A stretch of 54,845 bases of DNA from Octopus bimaculoides (taxonomy: Eukaryota), in the NCBI RefSeq assembly GCF_001194135.2, contig NC_068983.1, positions 130,009,238 through 130,064,082 of the forward strand, in the 5' to 3' direction. Below the pieces are notes generated by a model, which was given only the letters and a program-made list of their open reading frames with translations, was not told the origin of the DNA and did not search any database. Within the stretch, counting starts at the first letter, position 1. The number at the start of each line of letters is the position of its first letter. The position numbers and the translations under genes were made by a program. This document shows positions 49,536 to 54,845 of this stretch, in pieces.

Positions 49536-49885
49536 GAAACCGTGATTTATGTGACGCATCGTCCTCACGGTCCTATTAGATGAAACGCACGAAGTTTATA
49601 CTACTTTGAAGCGAGTCATATTACACAGCTCTTGCGTGTGCATTCCCTAAATTACCAAACAGATTTTATCCACAACCTTTCTAAATTTATAGGCGTAATT
49701 TATTAAACCATATCGTTAATGTATATTGCAGTGCAGAGGGTCATGTTGTTGCTAAAATGCTGTGATAGTAATATGAATATTTCCAATGTTCTGATGAGAA
49801 ACATGAGGCATAGAGGGATTAAACGTGCGCATTTATAGATTCTCCCGGTATTACAGAGAGAAGGAAGTATATGTGTGTGTGTGCG

Positions 49886-49890
49886 CGCTC

Positions 49891-49936
<46 letters not shown>

Positions 49937-49941
49937 GAGCG
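49886..49941. repeat. Perfect 56-bp palindrome: CGCTCCTTT-(AT)19-AAAGGAGCG
   Basis: Read directly. Confidence 0.97.
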
Positions 49942-51589
49942 GGTCATCTTAGCATTACAAAATTTCTAAAAGAAAAAAAGAAATAATTCAAGGGTAAAAA
50001 TATAATTGGGAATCTCAAAACTGCATGAATGAACATGGAAACTAACACTAGAAGAAAACAAGTTGGATAGCAGGTCTACAATATTATATATGTGCATTGG
50101 TGTGGGTTCGCACGTGCTAGCACATATAGTCGTACAAACATATGCGCGAACACACACATGCACATATATTTATACATAAATCCACCCTGAATATTTCTTG
50201 TACACTTCTTCGTCGTCTACATCGCCAGTATAAGCCTCTTAAAGCTGGAATTATCTTTAACGTTTCACTCTTCACTAAAGTAGGAAGCTTGTTGTTGTTT
50301 CATTCAGCTTCTACCTAACAGCATGATATAATCTAAACGCTTGGTTGATTATCATTTCCCCTCCTCTTTAGGATCACAAGTTTTAAAGTCTGTTTATTTA
50401 GTACATGATCCATAATAAGAAAGACGATATGATTTTCCCCAAACAGCTACATTTATCCGAAATAAAAGACAGTAACTAACTACAAACACAACTAATGATC
50501 ACGTACTGATACAAAAATAGCAATTCTACTGGAAGAAAATAAACACATGAATATGTATTTCATGTATATTGTAGGAATGCCGATCACTTTCTTCTACAAT
50601 CTCAACAGTATATTGCGTGAAAATTGTGTCTTTATTCTCATCTATTTCGTAACGATAAATATATATTTAACTGATAAATATATACACATATTCGGAAATT
50701 ACAAATTGTTTATGACGGACTGAATGCCATACGCAAAATATAATAATTAAAACTAAACACTCTGTAGTTTCTTTCTCGCATTTCCATGCAATTTTGATCC
50801 ATTGACGATATAAAATGTTTTATATCTTATATCTGAATAAATCTATCTCAGTATACATTTCTCCTTGTGTTGTTGAGCAGCAGGTAAGTTATGAATGAAC
50901 AGAATTCATCATAATATTCGGAAACTTAATTATTCCACAGTTTAAACCTGTTGATACCAACTCCCTTTGGTTATATGAAACGGTCTTCCAATCTTTAAAT
51001 TGTCTAAAGTAAAATATCACATCTAAATTTCTTGGTAATTTATGTTCCAAATAATGACTGAAACGTGATACATTTACCACCAGAGAAAGACAACGCAGTT
51101 AAAATTGTTAAAATTGGTTTTGTAATTTATTTTATGATATCACATTTTTTATTCTCTGTACTGCATCAATGCCAGCATCTTGACATTTTAATCGATCGAA
51201 ACGTCTACAGTACTTATTCAATGTGCCTCTTTTGTCATATGTGCGTGTATATGTGTGTGCGCGTGCGTTTGTTTGTCTGTGTATGTGTGTATGTATGCAT
51301 GTGTGTATGCATATATATNNNNNNNNNNNNNNNNNNNNNNNNNNNNNNNNNNNNNNNNNNNNNNNNNNNNNNNNNNNNNNNNNNNNNNNNNNNNNNNNNN
51401 NNNNNNNNNNNNNNNNNNNNNNNNNNNNNNNNNNNNNNNNNNNNNNNNNNNNNNNNNNNNNNNNNNNNNNNNNNNNNNNNNNNNNNNNNNNNNNNNNNNN
51501 NNNNNNNNNNNNNNNNNNNNNNNNNNNNNNNNNNNNNNNNNNNNNNNNNNNNNNNNNNNNNNNNNNNNNNNNNNNNNNTATATGTATTG

Positions 51590-53110
51590 GAAGAGATTAA
51601 TGATACTCATCTAGATATCTCTTGTTTGGAGCTGCTTGATAGAAACCATCTTTATGCTTCAAAAAACCTCCATTGTCTCTTGAAGGACCAGAAGTCTGAA
51701 TTTTATCAAGTCCTTCGATTAGGGCACAATTAGTAAATATATTATCGATCCGATTATTCTTATTCCCATCGTGAGGGTTTAGGTTCAGATACCCCTATGG
51801 AACTTTACTGAAGACGTTTTCTTATGTTTTGACTCCCTTACTGATAAACCCAATTTAGACTTTATCCAATTTGATATCTCGAGTTATTACAATTCCATAT
51901 CACCCATATTGCTACATAAGAGTTTGAATTTCACTCAGAAGTTTGCGAATATCCCTTGTTCGGATATTTATGCAATTTTAGTGGCAAGGGAAAACGCTAT
52001 CCGCTTCAACGAGCGTAACTGGCGGAGGGCTCATTCTCTGAAGGACAATTGTCCAAAGAATCATGAATACACAACATCTGCAATAAATACTCCATTAAAT
52101 TTTCTTACTCGGTAATACCAGATGTGGCTTCCATCATTGTATCTATTAATAGAAGCAACTAAAATCGGCAAGTTGACTGGAATTATTCTCCAGTTGGAAA
52201 CTCTGGTATTGGGCCGATAAACTCTAATAAACCTCAGGTGGAGTTACAAACCATTTACTTTTACCGGCCTTATCGACCCCCTGTAATGAGATATCTGAAG
52301 AGAAGAACTCAGGAAAGCAGATAAATAATAGGGATAGGGTGGTTCTGGTAAATTGTGTAATTTCAGAAACCCTAGGTTATGTCACTTTGGCAGATTCCGC
52401 CTGACTACTAATGCTACATGTAAATGCGTTGTTAAAGGTGAGGGTAATTTGGATAGGGTTTACATTGGCAGTACTGTCCATTTTGAGGCGTCGTATAGGG
52501 CTCACATGAATTCGTTTTCGAACGAAAAATATTGTAAATCCACTACACTTGTCTCTTATATACATGGTTTAAAGAGGAATGAAAACAAAAGTTACTCTCT
52601 TGAATGATCTGTTATCACGAGGGCCCGTTATTTTAGAGTTAATATTAACAAGTGTAATGTGTGTATAAAGGGATCTCCTGCCAACCTTACGTCCTTTGGC
52701 CCAAAAGCTTAAATAAATGTACGGAGCTGATTTCTTTTTGCAACCATAAGTTCTCGTTTACTTTTCTGAATATATATAAAAGTAAAACTAGATGTGGTAA
52801 ATAGCATTTAGTTTTACTGGGTTTAGAAACCGGATAGTAAAATCTCCTATGGTTAGCGGACACCTACATGTTTAGAAATGAAATAAAATAATTGTGTTGT
52901 GTGTGTTAGAAAATTGGGACTGGTTCTGCGATGGATTATTACCTTTAAATTAGGTACGCGGTCGTTTGTATTTTTTGTAACTTCTGTGAACGACTAATTG
53001 TTGAGATTCCTGTTCATCCTGATGAGGGAGTCATTGCCGAGATACTCCTTAACTCGTAATCAGACCGCGGCAGTAAACTGCCGAAAGGGCCATATATGTG
53101 TTGTTAATTG
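51590..53110 (+). mobile_element. Penelope-like element relic (possibly Neptune-like): RT N-terminal half, deletion, linker, GIY-YIG endonuclease and 3' repeat
   Basis: LKDQK, GTISKYIIDPI, FIQFDISSYYNSIS (RT motif A), PKNHEY..KYSIKFSYSVIP, CNFRNPRLC, VYIGSTVHFEASYRAHMNSF..STTLVSYIHGLK, KCNVC, LNKCTELISFCNHK. Confidence 0.88.
53013..53098 (+). ncRNA. Hammerhead-like motif in the PLE 3' region
   Basis: Intact CTGATGAG, hairpins GGAGT/ACTCC and GGCAG/CTGCC, then GAAA-G-GGCC-A-TA. Helix III and stem I are imperfect. Confidence 0.4.
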
Positions 53111-53610
53111 ATTTTTTTGTGGGAATTCTCTTATGCTCCTGGACTTCAAACTACCATGTTTTGTTTATGAAATGGACTTTTTTGACATATTTTGAATTGA
53201 GGGGAATAATTTATTTTGTTAGTCGATTGATATATTCATTTAATTATTTTTAGTCGTCTGACACGCTTTATTAATTAATTTAGGTTGCTTATTTTAGTCG
53301 ATTGTATATACCTTTCTCATAGGCCATTCTATATATTTGTATTATTTGCATATATATTTTTTACCTTCTGTGTTTTATATATGTATACTTTATTATATGT
53401 TAAAAGCCATGCTAACATTTATATAAAATCAAATGTATAAAAGTGTCGTCGTATATAAAGTCGTTGACTCGGATTGATGTTTGTTCTCTAATCAATGTAT
53501 ATCTTTTTTTATCTGTCTCAATTTCATTTGAGCACTTTTTTGCAGTTTTATAAACCATTTTGTCTCCATAAAAAAGAGGTAAAATTACTTCCTGTTGTAT
53601 ATATATATGT

Positions 53611-53646
<36 letters not shown>

Positions 53647-53664
53647 NNNNNNNNNNNNNNNNNN

Positions 53665-53695
<31 letters not shown>

Positions 53696-53876
53696 TTACC
53701 GTTTCTGTCTAACAAATCAGCTCACATATGTGTAGTCAACATGAGGTCATGATACAAAAACACTTCTAGTATACTTCTCCATATTTGTTCTGAACATGGA
53801 ACTGTGTGTTTCAGACGAAAACTTCATATCACACAGCCGCTCTTGCACCAATAGAGTACATATGCTTTTAACTCAC

Positions 53877-53909
53877 CAGTATTTGGGTTTAAAAGTCGAA
53901 CGCGCTTAC
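53877..53909 (-). CDS. Candidate symmetric 33-nt microexon ((G)KRVRLLNPNT(G))
   Basis: tgtctctgtgttggtatag acceptor and G|gtgagt donor. The exon itself starts with GTAAGC, which could instead be a donor. Confidence 0.15.
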
Positions 53910-54845
53910 CTATACCAACACAGAGACAGCAGTTCAATAGTTTCAGACATAACCGTAAGCAAGTTAATAGAAATGTTAACAATGTGTTAAGGTATTTAAG
54001 TGTTAAGTATCTTGGAGAGAGATATATAACATCCGAGTAGCTGCGATAATAGTTCAAAATTCAGTGATAAGATGCAGGATACAGGCTTAACTTTTTCAGA
54101 AAAAACATATTGATTTGACCATCACGGTTTCTCTTTACAGATGCTGTCAAATATATATAAACACCTAACAACTGTTAAAAGATTTTATTTACATATATCT
54201 CGTGACGTTAAAATGAATACTGGTGAAAAATGGGTAAAAGTAGACGATTAGATGTGTCATTCTTCTGTGTTCTCTTACTCTTAGAGTTTACTTTTGGTGC
54301 TGTCAATATCATAACAATAGAACAGTGTCTAGTAAAGTAATGATATTTTCTTGCTATGCCATTACTATGAGATCGATGCAAAGTATTGTTTTTTTAAACA
54401 ATATTCATATTTCAATGCAAAATGCAATCAAATTTTAGCGCTTCTTGAAAGATGCAAACGGTCAAATATTACAATAACGATGAACAACGAATATACAATC
54501 TATTCCGTCGAACTCAGGATATGTCACGTACGTAATACGTGGTGAAGAATAACAGGAATATAAGCGGCTGATTGTGTTACCTTATATACCTGGCAAATCT
54601 TTAAAAATTTTACATCTCTGTACAACAGGTGAAACGATATTTATGTGTTCCTAGATAAGCTAAATCAAAATGTCACAGGATTATCGTGATCAGCATGAAT
54701 AGATGAAATTGTTTCTAGCAGGTTGACGTATAGCTAAACCCCAACATTAATTGATACAACCTGACAACGTTCGAAGGAACATTGAACCCAAGTCCCATAA
54801 TAAATTACGCTTGCCATTTGGTCTGCTATTTATATATATATATAT

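Larger units (their letters stand above)
1321..53664. other. 12 assembly gaps (N runs) at 1321-1330, 6943-7528, 14275-14688, 23774-24076, 29768-29927, 33338-33654, 34697-35578, 39237-39996, 47920-47974, 48687-48945, 51319-51578, 53647-53664
   Basis: Read directly. Nearly every gap is flanked by (TA)n or (CA/GT)n, and both window ends are (TA)n. Confidence 0.99.

Noticed and set aside
6857-53752. Long ORFs rich in IY, HT, VC or X, and the poly-L/I/V/S/T ORFs in the track
   Set aside because: They are translations of microsatellites and N-gaps, not genes.

Overview
AT-rich eukaryotic genomic DNA, not prokaryotic. I see no operons, rRNA, true tRNA or CRISPR. The window starts and ends in (TA)n and has 12 N-gaps, almost all flanked by (TA)n/(CA)n, so it looks like a whole short-read scaffold. 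The SINE families match octopus (cephalopod) repeats as I remember them; that assignment is recall, not a database result. No intact protein-coding gene can be supported, and most ORFs in the track are microsatellite or gap artefacts. Recognisable content: four defective mariner transposons, a Tigger/pogo-like MITE, an RTE LINE 3' end, two APE-type CR1/L2-group LINE relics, a restriction-like-endonuclease (R4/NeSL-type) LINE relic, three Penelope-like element (PLE) relics and about 15 tRNA-derived SINE copies or fragments. The most interesting signal is a ~365-nt repeat unit carrying a minimal type I hammerhead ribozyme fold with an unusual core (CCGAUGA-A...A-GAAA). It forms a direct plus inverted cluster at 44146-45150 and has a dispersed copy at 6653. 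An unrelated repeat at 35678 shows the same core variant. Other leads are a 2x2 head/tail shuffle among SINEs, a head-to-tail SINE trimer and a DNA-binding-domain-only mariner. Weaker leads are candidate minus-strand exons of a Ly6/three-finger-like protein and candidate recursive splice sites.
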